Positions 10,150 through 21,380 of a DNA stretch of 36,388 nucleotides are shown here, piece by piece; the first letter of the stretch is position 1; the number at the start of each line of letters is the position of its first letter. Below the pieces are notes generated by a model that worked only from the letters and a program-made list of their open reading frames with translations, ran no database searches and was not told the origin of the DNA. The stretch covers positions 77,148,328 through 77,184,715 of the forward strand of contig NC_057711.1 in the NCBI RefSeq assembly GCF_004010195.1, given 5' to 3'. The position numbers and the translations under genes are program-made. Source of the DNA: Chiloscyllium plagiosum (Eukaryota).

Positions 10150-11800
10150 GATCCAGGCACCAAATAAAATGAGTCATGAATGCAAAAAGGCAATTTTGTA
10201 AAGTGATTGACCTAGAATTGTACAACATGCTGGAAAAAATTTTCTGCTGTCAACAACACATACAAAGTGATGTTAAGATTATAGAAACATAAATCCTGAA
10301 CCAAGTTAGACAGTGGAAAACTACAAATCAGAAAAGCAGTGAAGCAGTTGGTGAATATGTTGTGGGATTGATAAATTTATCATGATATTGCAACTTTGGT
10401 ACATTCTTAGACCATGCATTATGAGCTAGATTTGTATGTGGATTGGTGGATGAAAGAATCAAATCAATGTCAATAAACGTTCAAAATCATACATTTGAGC
10501 TGGCAAGCAAAATTGCCTTTACCATAGAGATAGAAACAAAGAATGCTCAGAAGTTCTGTCTTATGTAATTGACTTGCACAGTATTTGTCCATTGTCAGAA
10601 GATTGTTACAACTGTAAAACTGAGAGACCAATTGATAAAAGTTCTGCTGATAGCTTTGTAGATGACCTATAATCAATATAATGGTACACACATGGCAAGC
10701 CATGTCTATTCAGCAATTTGAAATGCTCATTTGCTAAAACAAAGGCTATAATGCAAATACTACTGAGCAAAAACTAATGAGAGAAAGAGAACTAATTGCA
10801 GTGATTTGGTGATCATTGACAGGACAAGAGCACAGGGCACAATCTTGAAGTGAATCTAGGGTGCTTAAGTGAAGAGAAGCTATGGTTCCACAATATTTAT
10901 GCTTTGAAAAAAAAAGAGTTTTGTTGGAAAATGTTGATAAATCAACAGTACATTAACATACACAACATGGCTGCAAATTGTCCCAATATGAAGAGAGGCA
11001 CACACAAGAGCAAATTCAGTGAAACATCTCTAACTGAGACTGCAGTTCAATTGAAAACCTACTGTAGTGATGGGTTAAAACTGTGAACAAATGGAGTGTA
11101 ATATCCAATAATAGGACAAATCCCACTAGCTGCTCAAAGGTGAGGTGAGACCTGTGAGAAAATCAATGTTATGAGGCAAAGACCAGCCTGGTGAATTTAA
11201 GTGAGACTCAAAGTATGTTTTTTTCAATTTGAGACAGCGAAAAAAAATTGATCACCTATTGAATAGCTCTCATAGCATTGTTGAGGAGTGTTCTGAAGAT
11301 ATACTTGCTGTGAAATCATTAATTTCAATTAGAAGACTGCTCCCTCTCTCTCACACTCTCCCCTTCTGTCACTTCTCTCTGTCCCTCTCTCTACCCGACC
11401 TTTCCCTGACTTACACTGTGTCTTTCAGTTTCCCTCTGAATCAAGACCAAAACGTGTGCACCCCTAAAATCCAGGTTGAAGAACAAAAACACAAGATAAT
11501 TTGCATTATAGAAAAAAAAACTGACTAGTGACTGGCCAGAACCACAGTCATGTCCAAGTCATACAAAACAGTAAGACTACAAAGTCACAATCAACCATGC
11601 GGTGGATGAATAATACCCAAGGCCTCCCAAGATTTGCATGTGGAGTTATCAAGATCCAAGGTCATCACAAAGTTAGATTTACATCAAGCTTATGAGCAGT
11701 TCAATGTGAATTGTGAGAGCACACAGCATTTTATAACAAACATACATTGAATTATATTCCTACACAATGCTGTCATAATTCTATAATCTCACTCTGGACA
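10150..11800 (+). mobile_element. Old Gypsy-type LTR retrotransposon remnant (gag, protease region, start of RT)
   Basis: gag-like NQKSSEAVGEYVVGLINLS*YCNFGTFLDHAL*ARFVCGLVDERI (about 10325-10460), TAVQLKTY (about 11040), and RT-like DYKVTIN and ITKLDLHQAYEQ (about 11575-11700). Heavily mutated. Confidence 0.7.
11337..11420. repeat. Degenerate (CT)n low-complexity tract
   Basis: ctccctctctctcacactctccccttctgtcacttctctctgtccctctctctaccc. Confidence 0.6.
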
Positions 11801-13180
11801 TATGCTGAACAGAGGGACTCTAGATCAGCCCAAAGCAAAATCCCAAAACAAAGACAAGCCTCAGCCAAATAGTTAAACATTTTCCTCAGGATCCAAGCTG
11901 GCAAACTATTGTAGTTGCTGCCAGTATGTGGACTCAAGACAGCAAAAGAATCACACTAGATCTAAATTGAGTCACACTTCATAAGCCAGTATCCAGGACA
12001 GTGCATACCTGAGAAAGCCAACCTACATCTGGTTTGGAACAGTTAAACCGCTTGGCAATATCCAACCTAGAACCAATCAAAATAAATGTTTGTTTAAAAA
12101 GGTCACTCAATTCCACTGGCGATCCCTGCAACCATTTCAGTGATCACAGAATTAGTCTTTTAACATGATTACCTCTGGACTCCAATGCTCAATTTCGCAC
12201 AATACTTTGGTTAGAGTGAAAACCTACACTGGGAAACCTTTGCAAATTAATGGTACAACTTTGTTTCAGGTCTCTTATGAGAAGCAGCTGGTGCAGGCAC
12301 CACCAATTACAATAAAAGGCATGGTCCCAAGCTTGATGGAGTGAAATTGTTTGAAGAAGGTTCACCTAGATTGGTTCAACTAGATTTTGCAATTAGAAAA
12401 TGGCTGCCTTAGTGAATTCCTAATTAAATACCTAATTAAATTACAGGCAAATGGCGAGGCAGAAATCAGACGGCTGGAAAGAGAAGGAATCATCAAACAA
12501 TCCAGTTTGCAGAAACACCGGTCAGCACCGGTTGTACCAGTTGTGAAGCTTGACCGGTTGGGGATTTTAAACAAATAGTAAACCTCTTTTCTCAGCTGGA
12601 TAAATACCCAAACCCTCACATAGAGGATTTACGTACAAAGCTGGCAGGGGAGCTATTTTTCACGAAGCTAGACATGATCCATGTGTATCTGCAATTGTGG
12701 TTAGATGAAGAATCCCAGAAGTATGCTACAATTATTACCTGAAAGGGTTTGTGCCAATATATGAGACTGCCATTTGGGTGTAGTTAGCCTGTGAAAATTT
12801 TCAACGAATGATAGACAACATTTTCCAAGGTCGACGCCAGATCGCCATTTATCTAGATGACATGTTAATAACAGGAAAGACTAAGCGTAGCACTTAGAAA
12901 ATTGGGATATGGACATTTCTCCCAGCCAGGCATATGCCTTAGAAGGGCAAAATGTGTGTTCCAGGTACCTAAGTGACCTACTTGGACTACAGAGTCAACA
13001 AGACTCAGTTACACCCGTTAGAAGATAAAGAGAGGGCAATCAAAGTTGCCCCGACTCCCACATCTGTACCAGAACTTAGGCCTTTCCTTGGGCTAGTGAA
13101 TTATTCTGGAAAATTCATACATAACCTGGCCTCCATCCTAGCACCTTTGCTCCTAAAAAAGGGTCAGCCTTGGGAATGGT

Positions 13181-13337
13181 AGGATAATCGACATTTCAGG
13201 CATGAGCCCTTCAAGAAGGGCTCATGCCCGAAACGTCGAATCTCCTGCTCCTTGGATGCTGCCTGACCTGCTGCGCTTTTCCAGCAACACATTTTCAGCT
13301 GTGATCTCCAGCATCTGCAGTCCTCACTTTCTCCTCA
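13181..13337 (+). mobile_element. PLE-derived terminal fragment with fold-back 5' end, inserted in Gypsy pol
   Basis: gaagggctcatgcccgaaacgtcgaatctcctgctccttggatgctgcctgacctgctgcgcttttccagc... is near-identical to 20569-20690. It is flanked by aatggtaggata / aatagtaggata. Confidence 0.8.
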
Positions 13338-13879
13338 AATAGTAGGATAGCCAAGCCATAGCTTTCAGGGCTGTGAAGAAACCGCTATCATTCTTTAAGG
13401 TGTTGGCACACTATGATGTTGAGCGAGATTTGATGTTGACACGTAATGCTTCCCAGTAGAGCATCAGGGTGGTATTAGCTCATAGGTGGCCCAAATGGAG
13501 AGGAATTCTCAATAGTGTATGCATCCAGGACTTTGGCTAATGCTGAACATAAATATGCTCAGATAGAGAATAAAGATTTGGCAGTCATATTTGGAGGCAG
13601 GGAGTTCCACCAAACCTTTACAGGCATGAACTTTTAAATAATAACAGACTACACCACCCCTGCTATAAAGAGGACAAGGCAATGCCACTCTATCTTCAAG
13701 CCGAATTCAACGGTGAGCTCTCTTACTAAATGCACAGAATTACAAGTTGGAGCACCATCTAGGAGGCCAACTAGCAAATGTGGTTGCAATGAGCCACCTC
13801 CCACTGACAGATACACCAACAGTAGTACTGCCACTGGAAAAGTCCGTAATGGTTTTAAATTTTCTGGTGACACTACCAA

Positions 13880-14005
13880 GAGAAAGTGAGGATTGCAGAT
13901 GTTGGAGATCAGAGTCAAAAGGTGTAGTGCTGGAAAAGCACAGCCAGTCAGGCAGCATCCGAGGAGCAGAAGAGTCAACGTTTCGAGCATAAGTGCTTCA
14001 TAATG
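13880..14005 (-). mobile_element. PLE-derived terminal fragment inserted in Gypsy pol
   Basis: Reverse complement matches the 13215-13337 family. It is flanked by the imperfect direct repeat tttctggtgacactacca / tttttggtcacatttcca. Confidence 0.78.
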
Positions 14006-14854
14006 TTCTTTTTGGTCACATTTCCAGTCACAGCTGACAATATCAGATGTTGGATGCAAAAAGATCCAGTCCTGGCAAAATTAAAACAGCAGGTGGTGAT
14101 GGGGAAAACCAAAGGGACAAGGTCACAACAAGAATTGAAATGTTTTTTGAAACCGGAAAGACCAGATCACAGTGGAGGATGGCATATTAGTATGAGGAGC
14201 AAGAATGATTGCTTGTCCCAAGCAAAGGTCACTGCCAAATACCAGCTGAATTCCACCAGGTTATCCAAAGTTTTCCAAAATGAAATTGTTATTAAGAAGT
14301 TATGTCTGGTGACCAGGACTGGATGCAGACATAGCTATATTGGTGGGGAGTGCACAAAGTGCCAACAAGGACAAAACCTACTTCCAGAAGTTCCGCTACA
14401 TTCATGGAAATGGTCAACTAAACCCTGGACCCTGTTACACGTTGACTATGTGGGTCCTTTCATGGGCTCAATGCTCTTAGTCATTGTGGACTTCCAAATA
14501 AAGGGGCTGGACAAGCTTAGAGTTCATTCATCAAAACACATGGACAAAGATAGAAAAACTGCGCTCATTATTTGCAATGCATGGACTCCCAGATGTGTTG
14601 GTCACAGATAAAGGCCATCATTTACCGATAGGGAATTTAAGCTTTTCCGAAAGTCAATGCTATTCGGCATATAAGAACAGTTTCATACTTTCTATCATCT
14701 AATAGTCTGCTGAAAGAGCAGTCCAAACTTTGAAAGCAGGCTTAAAGAAACAGCCTACAGCTTCACTAGATACCAAACTGTCCCGATTCCTATTTGATTA
14801 TAGGACCCCACCCCTCATGCAACTAAAGGGAAAGCTCCAGAGTTGCTAATGGGG

Positions 14855-15053
14855 AGAACATAAAAACATAAGAAATAGGAGCATGAGTACGCCATCTGGC
14901 CCTTTAAGCCTGTTTTGCCATTCCACAAGATCAAGGCTAATTTATTTTGTGGACTCAGCTACACTTACTCGCCCACTCACAATAACTTTTAATTCCTTTA
15001 CTGTTCAAAAATCTATCTTTGCATTAAAAACATTCAACAAGGTAGCCTCAACT
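14855..15053 (-). mobile_element. CR1 3'-end fragment inserted in the Gypsy integrase C-terminus
   Basis: agaacataaaaacataagaaataggagcatgagtacgccatctggccc... is an antisense CR1 tail, similar to 35950 onward. The Gypsy sequence resumes afterwards. Confidence 0.75.
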
Positions 15054-16069
15054 GGAAAACACTGCACCAGGACAAATGTGATCTTCCTGGAGCGGTTCTT
15101 TGGGGGAGGGTGGGCACAAAGTTTGGTTTGGGAGCCAAGGGATTGGCCCTGCATGGGTAAGAGGCATGGTTGATGTGAGGATAGGTCCAGTGACATACAA
15201 AGTTCGGGTAGATGGGATGGTCCTGAACCAGCACCATGTGAAAGCTGAAAGCCCACCAACAGCATGGGAGGAAAACGTACTCGACTCCTCAAAACAGTCA
15301 GAAAGGCTGGTGGAACTGATGGGTTCTCCCTCTCCATCAAGCTTTGAGATAAACACAGATGTAACTGCCTCGATGCCTTTGCTACCTGAAGAAAATCAAT
15401 TTCTTCCTAGACACTCCAGACGCAAGAGACGAGCTGCTGTGCATTACACACTGCCCGTATCACAGGCAGAATTGGAGCACCTGACCCAATGCTAAAATGC
15501 CCCAGAAGGAGCTACATGCTCAAACACCTGGTTCTGAGGGAGCTAGATCAGCGTCAAGAACTTTCCACGTGTAAATAAAGGGTGATTTGGTGACAGGATA
15601 ACAGCTTCTGTGGAGTTATTTCCATGATTGCAAGTGCACATTTTGCACTAATTAAGCTGTGTAATTACAACTTAACATCATTGCTGTTTTAGTAGTACGA
15701 TTATTTCAAAACTGGTTTTGCAAATTTCTTTGCTCTCCTCTTACTGATATTATTAACATCTTGCATGGGCACACCACCATGGGCTCCAATTATTTTTAAC
15801 AGCTCATCAAAATGGCTGTTCTTTACATTGGCTTTACCAAGCAGAAAGATGCTATTTATTTTCAAGATACATCATAAAGTCTTGCTGATTTGCATCTTCA
15901 GCTTAGAAAATTCAAAAAACAAACATTTCTTTCTTGGATCATTAAATTACAAAAGACAAAAAAAAACTTTGGACAATTTTCTTTTCACTCATCCAGGAAG
16001 AGCAAAGCGAATTGTGAAGTAAGACGAAACAACATCATGCCCGTTAAGGTCACGTGATATAGGTACATC

Positions 16070-16278
16070 AGTCGGTAGAGTCGCCACAATCCCAGATGAC
16101 CATAGGCTTGCCTTCTTATTCAAGGGAGACAATTGGTGGTAACTTGAGAGTCATCACACCTCAGTTATGCAGCAAGGTCAAGAAAGTGGAACCATCACGG
16201 TGATCGCGGTCAGCGTGGAAATTGTACACTTGCTGTTGCCGTCATTCTCAATTACAAATTAACTAACTGAACTAAACA
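16070..16278 (-). mobile_element. Degenerate tRNA-derived SINE (third family)
   Basis: The reverse complement begins ttagttcagttagtt...gacggcaacagcaagtgtacaatttcc (decayed A/B boxes). Recognised from recall of shark repeats only. Confidence 0.45.
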
Positions 16279-17031
16279 ATGTCCAGGTACATCAGAACAC
16301 TTAGATGGGGCAAGTGATGACGTAGGTGGGTGTGTGCAGACATCTTCCTCCTGTACCCCTCCCAAATCAAGAATGCTAACAAGCACAGGAAAGAAGTGCA
16401 AGAAAGTCCTTTAAAGACCAGGAGCCAGACCTCCTCTAGTAATCATGGATGTACAATAAAAGCAAGGTAGTGACACCCACAATTAACTAATTTAAAAACT
16501 ACTGGGCAATTACCCTGTCAAAACATCCTTTCCCTTGCCCACCTGGCAATCTAACCCCTCAAACTTCACTTACTTGACTACTCTCAGTAGCTGTCAAAGT
16601 AGCTTCAGAACCTTTAATTTTTGGAACTTAACAGGACTTGTCATGAAGAAGGGGCGTGGTTTCAATGCTGATTCACTTTGCTGTTGGTGGTATAGGTTCC
16701 TAGACTGAGCAAGATCTCTTCAGCTGAGACATGACCTGGCTCAGCGTTTGTACAGAAGACGCTACTGAGGGCGTGTGTACCTTTTTGACTGATCAGGATT
16801 GTAAATAGGATGTACAGTCCTGATCAGTAAATCAGGCCAAGGTCTTTCTTTAAAAAAAATGGTGCAGCCATGGGCACTGCTGGTAGCAGCATTTTATTTC
16901 ACTGGTACCTTTGCCTTTTGGAATTCCATCAGACCAGTTGCCCCAAAGTGATATCAAGGGGTTAGTTCAACAGAAATAGACAACGGGGCTACATTTAAAT
17001 AACAGAAATTGGCACAACACAGCAGTAAATC

Positions 17032-17346
17032 TTAGATTAGATTCCCTACAGTGTGGAAACAGGCCCATCGGCCCAACCAATCCACATCGACCCTCTGAAG
17101 AGTAATCCACCCAGTCTCATTTCCCTCTGACTAATGCACCTAACACTATGGGCAATTTAGCATGGCCAATCTACCTGACCTGCACATCTTTGGACTGTGG
17201 GAGGAAACCTGAGCACCCAGAGGAAACCCATGCAGACACAGGGAGAATGTGCAAACTCCACACAGACGGTCACCAAGGCTGGAATCGAATCTGGGACCGG
17301 GTGCTGTGAGGCAGCAGTGCTAACCACTGAGCCACTGTGCCACCCC
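17032..17346 (-). mobile_element. HE1-like V-SINE (tRNA head, V-domain, CR1-derived tail)
   Basis: Minus strand: tggctcagtggttagcactgctgcctcacagc (A box), gattcgattcc (B box), gtctgtgtggagtttgcacattctccc...ggtttcctcccacagtccaaagatgtgcagg (V-domain), and tail gggcctgtttccacactgtagggaatctaatctaa. Confidence 0.92.
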
Positions 17347-18039
17347 CTAAAATCCAACTCAATTCTACAGGATAGGAGGCTCTCAACTCAACAGATTAAA
17401 TCCCCAATCTAACACATGCAAAACTGATGCCCCTTGCATAATTTGTCAGAGAAGCACAATTTTAAAAGTCTGTATAATTTTTTAAAAAAATGAAATATGG
17501 ACCTGCATTTATTTCAACTTTATTTTGCCACTTTTCCACCCACCTCCTCAATATTATTCCAAAGGGTTCCACAACCTAAATTTCCCATACCTAAGCATGC
17601 TCAGTGACTGCTCTCACTGTTCAGCCTCTCATACGATCTCAAGCCTTACCAATTAGTTTTAGACATAGAAGAATGAAAGAGATAAAAAAAACTAGATGAA
17701 TGGTCAGAAAAAGACGGAAAACTAATACCAAATAGGAAAAGTGAGATACTAATACAGACTTTTAAAAAGAGATAAACAGATAGTAACATGATTTCAGACT
17801 AGGATGGAGAGATTTATGAGAGGGGATTATTTTTCAAGCACTACAGTTGATATCATAAAATACCTATCAAAGCTAAATACAGCATTAAATTGGTCAGTAC
17901 ATGGAGATAATACGATCATTTCTTCTTTATTATATTATTGTGGAAGAACTGATACGCTGATTTTTTTCTTTATTTTTCTAATTTATTATTATGATTTTGT
18001 ACTTTTGAAGGTCTGAAAGGCTGGACTTTTTATTTCTTT

Positions 18040-18188
18040 ATTTTTCTAATTTTTATTCCCAAGAACTTGTACTCAAGAATCCATACCTAAGTACTTTTGT
18101 ACCTAAGGTGGCAATGTAAGTGAAGACTTGTAAACTTTTCACTGTCTCATTTCAGTACATGTGACAATAAAGCTAATTCAATTCAATT
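18040..18188 (+). mobile_element. LINE/SINE 3' tail fragment (Rex1-like tail)
   Basis: cttttcactgtctcatttcagtacatgtgacaataaagctaattcaattcaatt is similar to the tails at 6320-6362 and 26533-26600 (antisense). Confidence 0.55.
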
Positions 18189-20489
18189 TGGAATCTCTAC
18201 TTCTGCACCTATGCCAATCCTGAAATTTTCATGACAACGTTACATCAAGGTTATTCTAATTCAATACAGATCAATACATTGATTTAATGGAAAATCAATG
18301 TATAAATCAAAATTAAATTGAATTTCTGCTACTTCACTGAGAATCAATCCAAAGGTCAAACAATAGGCAAAGAAACAATGAAAGCCAAACAAGTTATCAA
18401 TAGCCCCATGGCCATGATAAAATTAACATCTAAAAACATGAAATACTTGCACTATGGTTTTTCCATCCCCACACACAGCTCTGTATGCAGGATTTGAGCT
18501 GATAGAAGGAAACAGTCAAGTTCAAAAACCTAGGGACGCTGATACATTAAGATTCATCTGTTTCAGTAAACACTTGGCCACAAAATATTTTTTAACTTTT
18601 AAAATGAAAGCATTTTTGATCACTTACTTGATAGCAATAAATACAAAAGGCTTTTCTGCAAATAAACCTCAACTAATTTAATCCACATGGTACAATATCT
18701 CAAACCAAATGGCAACTCTTAACAAAGCCACTTTCTGTAAATGTTGAGAGGGAAAGGAAGCATGCAAATCACATCGTCATTTCCACTCTGGTCAATAAGA
18801 CACTATCTAAACAACATTCTAGGATGACTGTTCTACCACAGATTAGCATTTACTTCTGAACATTTAGTACTTTAAATGCAAATCTATTTTTTTTTAAATC
18901 AACTTCAACTTTGCCATTTGTCCTCAATTCTACACTTCTTGTTTCTATGTCCAATGAGTTGTGAATGTGTCAAACTTTTTCCAAATAAATGTTGGCAAAG
19001 GTAATTCGGCTGTTATCAAACATTTAGAACCTGAATCTGATTTAATCAGGTGGTTGCTTACTCAGGCTGAAACTAACAGTTTGTAAATTTGATGCCCTCA
19101 AAGCTAAATTGTACTGCACACCCATATCCAAACTTCATACCCTACATTCAAACCTTGCATTTCTTTACTGCAATAGTTTTCACCCACCTCTACCATGAAG
19201 AAAACCCTTGCTATAACTTGGACTCTCTACCAGCAGCCTTTATTCATGTCCAAACAAAAGACAACATTCAAGCTGACTCTCACTTCTCATTAACCAGAAC
19301 TTAACTTTATGTATGTAATGAATGGATATACTATGACTCCAGGCTAACAATCCTTCTATGGAAAGGTTTACATTGAAAATTTTATCAGAAATCCACAGAA
19401 TGCTTTTGATGTCTCTAAAAGACAAAAAAACTATCAATCTGAAAGATAGTACATTCTAGACTAAACTATGGATTATTTGTTGTGAGAAAAGACATTTAAA
19501 AGAAGTTAAGGCAAGAAAGAAACACACAAGGGAATTTTCTCAGTGACATGTATAGTACAAGATGAATCACCATCCCCAAGAAGTTTTGGCCAGAAAGATG
19601 CTTCTCATGCCACAGGTGCAAATTTTAGGACAAACAACTTTTTTATTAGTATATCAACACAAACAATCACCGGTCAATGTCTTCCTATTTCTGTAAAATA
19701 ACATTGCATATATTGAGGAATTGATTGAGCAAATTCTGTTTTTCATTCTTTAATTGCCAAGCTTCAAAATTTTTATCTACAAATCCTTTTCTGGACTCAC
19801 TTCACCTGATCTCAACAGCCTCCTTGCAATCTTTGATTTTCTTATATTCACTGCCAGTCTAAACCGAGAATACTGCTTTGTATTATTCCTGATGCAGTCC
19901 CTGCCACCACCCCTGCGCTATCAATAATTATGCCTTTGTTCTCTAAAAAGCTCCTTCAATAATTCTTTCCTGCTTAATATCATTATACTTTTGAAAGTTC
20001 TTAACTTTCCCATTGATTAATTCTAAATTTCTGCTCACTATCTGGACTTATTTTCCTTCATAAAGCACCTTGAAATGCTTTATTACATTTAAAATGCTGC
20101 TCAAGTGTACTTAACTTCTGCTTAGCTCTGAAATTTTCAGCATCGGTTTTACTTTCTCCAAGTTTGCTCTGAGAGTAAAGTTCACTTCTCTTTGAGTGGC
20201 AAGATTTGTTTCAGCAGCAGATTATTCATTTCAGCAGCAAACAAGACTTTATTTAAGATTTAACTTGCAATATCCCCAAAACATGTTATGTTCCCAAATC
20301 ATAAGATTTTTCAACAACTGAAAGCTCAAATGATAATGGAATTCTCAACTGCACATTAATAAAGTGATTATCAATTTCGACCTTGAAATTGTTCCAAGTT
20401 GACAATGTTCTGGGAAAAAGTTGCTTGGAAATAGAGCAAAATGGTGTTAAAAAGGAGGAGGAATTACAAAAACAAAATGCTTATGACAT

Positions 20490-20690
20490 GCATTCCCAAC
20501 ACCCCTTCCCCCAAGTCCCTCCTCCCTACCTTTTATCTTAGCCTGCTTGGCACACCCTACTCATTCCTGAAGGGCTTATGCCCGAAACGTCGATTCTCCT
20601 GCTTCTTTGATGCTGCCTGACCTGCTGCGCTTTTCCAGCAACACATTTTTCAGCTCGGATCTCCAGCATCTGCAGTCCTCACTTTCTCCT
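20490..20690 (+). mobile_element. PLE-derived terminal (pseudo-LTR) fragment with a damaged hammerhead core
   Basis: A pyrimidine-rich leader is followed by ttcCTGA-AGGGCttatGCCCGAAACGTCga and the same downstream sequence as 13215-13337. Confidence 0.82.
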
Positions 20691-21030
20691 TACTATGGAT
20701 ATGCAGAGATACAGCTTTAAATCTGTATGGACGTGCAGACTATTTTCGTTACTAACAAGTCAGTTAGATTTTGGTCATTTCAAAAATCAATTGAAATTCC
20801 GTGTCAAAAGAATTTTGGATATTCTGACAAAGCTGTAACCAGCAGCCATCAGCGCACTGCCTAGCAGGCTTTAAGATTTGTTTTGCTTTTATTTATTCAT
20901 AGGATGAGGGCACCACTGGCTAGGCTGTATTTATTTCGCATCCATAATTGCCCAGAGGGCATTTAGGAGTTCACCAATCGCCGTGGGTCTGGAGTCACAT
21001 GTAGGCCAGACCAGATCAGAATGACAGTTT

Positions 21031-21380
21031 CAGCAATTTTTGAGCAGATTTATAGGTCAGGTTGATGATAAGTATGTAAGTTAGCTTGTTGAACTTGAAG
21101 GTTTGTTTTCAGACATTTCGTCACCATACCAGGTAACATCATCAGTGAGTGTCTCCGGTGAAGCGCTGGTGATTTGTCCTGCCTCTTGGTCTTGGTTTCT
21201 TAAGATGAGTGATGTAATTTCCAGTTTTCTTTTTTAAAGGGAAGGTAGATCGGGTCTAAGTCAATGCGTTTATTGATGGAGTTCTGGTTAGAATGCCATG
21301 CCTCGAAGAATTCTCATTCGTGTCTTTGTTTCACCTGTTCTACGGTGTGTATTGTCTTAGTCAAAGTGGTGTCCTTCTCT
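21031..21380 (-). mobile_element. Penelope-like element 3' end (C-terminus of the GIY-YIG region plus pseudo-LTR)
   Basis: Minus translation EGHHFD*DN...KQRHE*EFFEAWHSNQNSINKRIDLDPIY, followed by a hammerhead motif. Confidence 0.8.
21108..21149 (-). ncRNA. Minimal type I hammerhead ribozyme motif (decayed) in the PLE pseudo-LTR
   Basis: Minus strand: ctca CTGATGA t GTTACC tggtat GGTGAC GAAA t GTC tga. This gives the CUGAUGA and GAAA cores, a 6-bp stem II, a GUC cleavage triplet and a 3-bp stem I. Stem III reads ATGT instead of palindromic ACGT. Confidence 0.72.

Larger units (their letters stand above)
11800..15624 (+). mobile_element. Second Gypsy-type LTR retrotransposon remnant (protease-RT-RNaseH-integrase, probable partial 3' LTR)
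   Basis: KTYTGKPLQING (about 12220), EAEIRRLEREGII, DKYPNPHIEDL, IYLDDMLITG (about 12847), ELRPFLGLVNY, YASRTLANAEHKYAQIE, integrase PWTLLHVDYVGPFMG and AERAVQTLK. The order RT-RH-IN is Gypsy-type. An LTR-like end with aataaa lies at about 15520-15624. No 5' LTR was recognised. Confidence 0.9.

Noticed and set aside
16574..16740. Minus-strand gtaagt donor with upstream coding-looking sequence
   Set aside because: Stops in all frames and no convincing acceptor.
17270..17346. tRNA gene (A and B boxes)
   Set aside because: It is the tRNA-derived head of a V-SINE, followed by the V-domain and LINE tail.
20111..20170. Possible minus micro-exon SKLGESKTDAENFRAKQ
   Set aside because: Non-consensus donor (gttaag) and short polypyrimidine tract; cannot be supported without RNA data.
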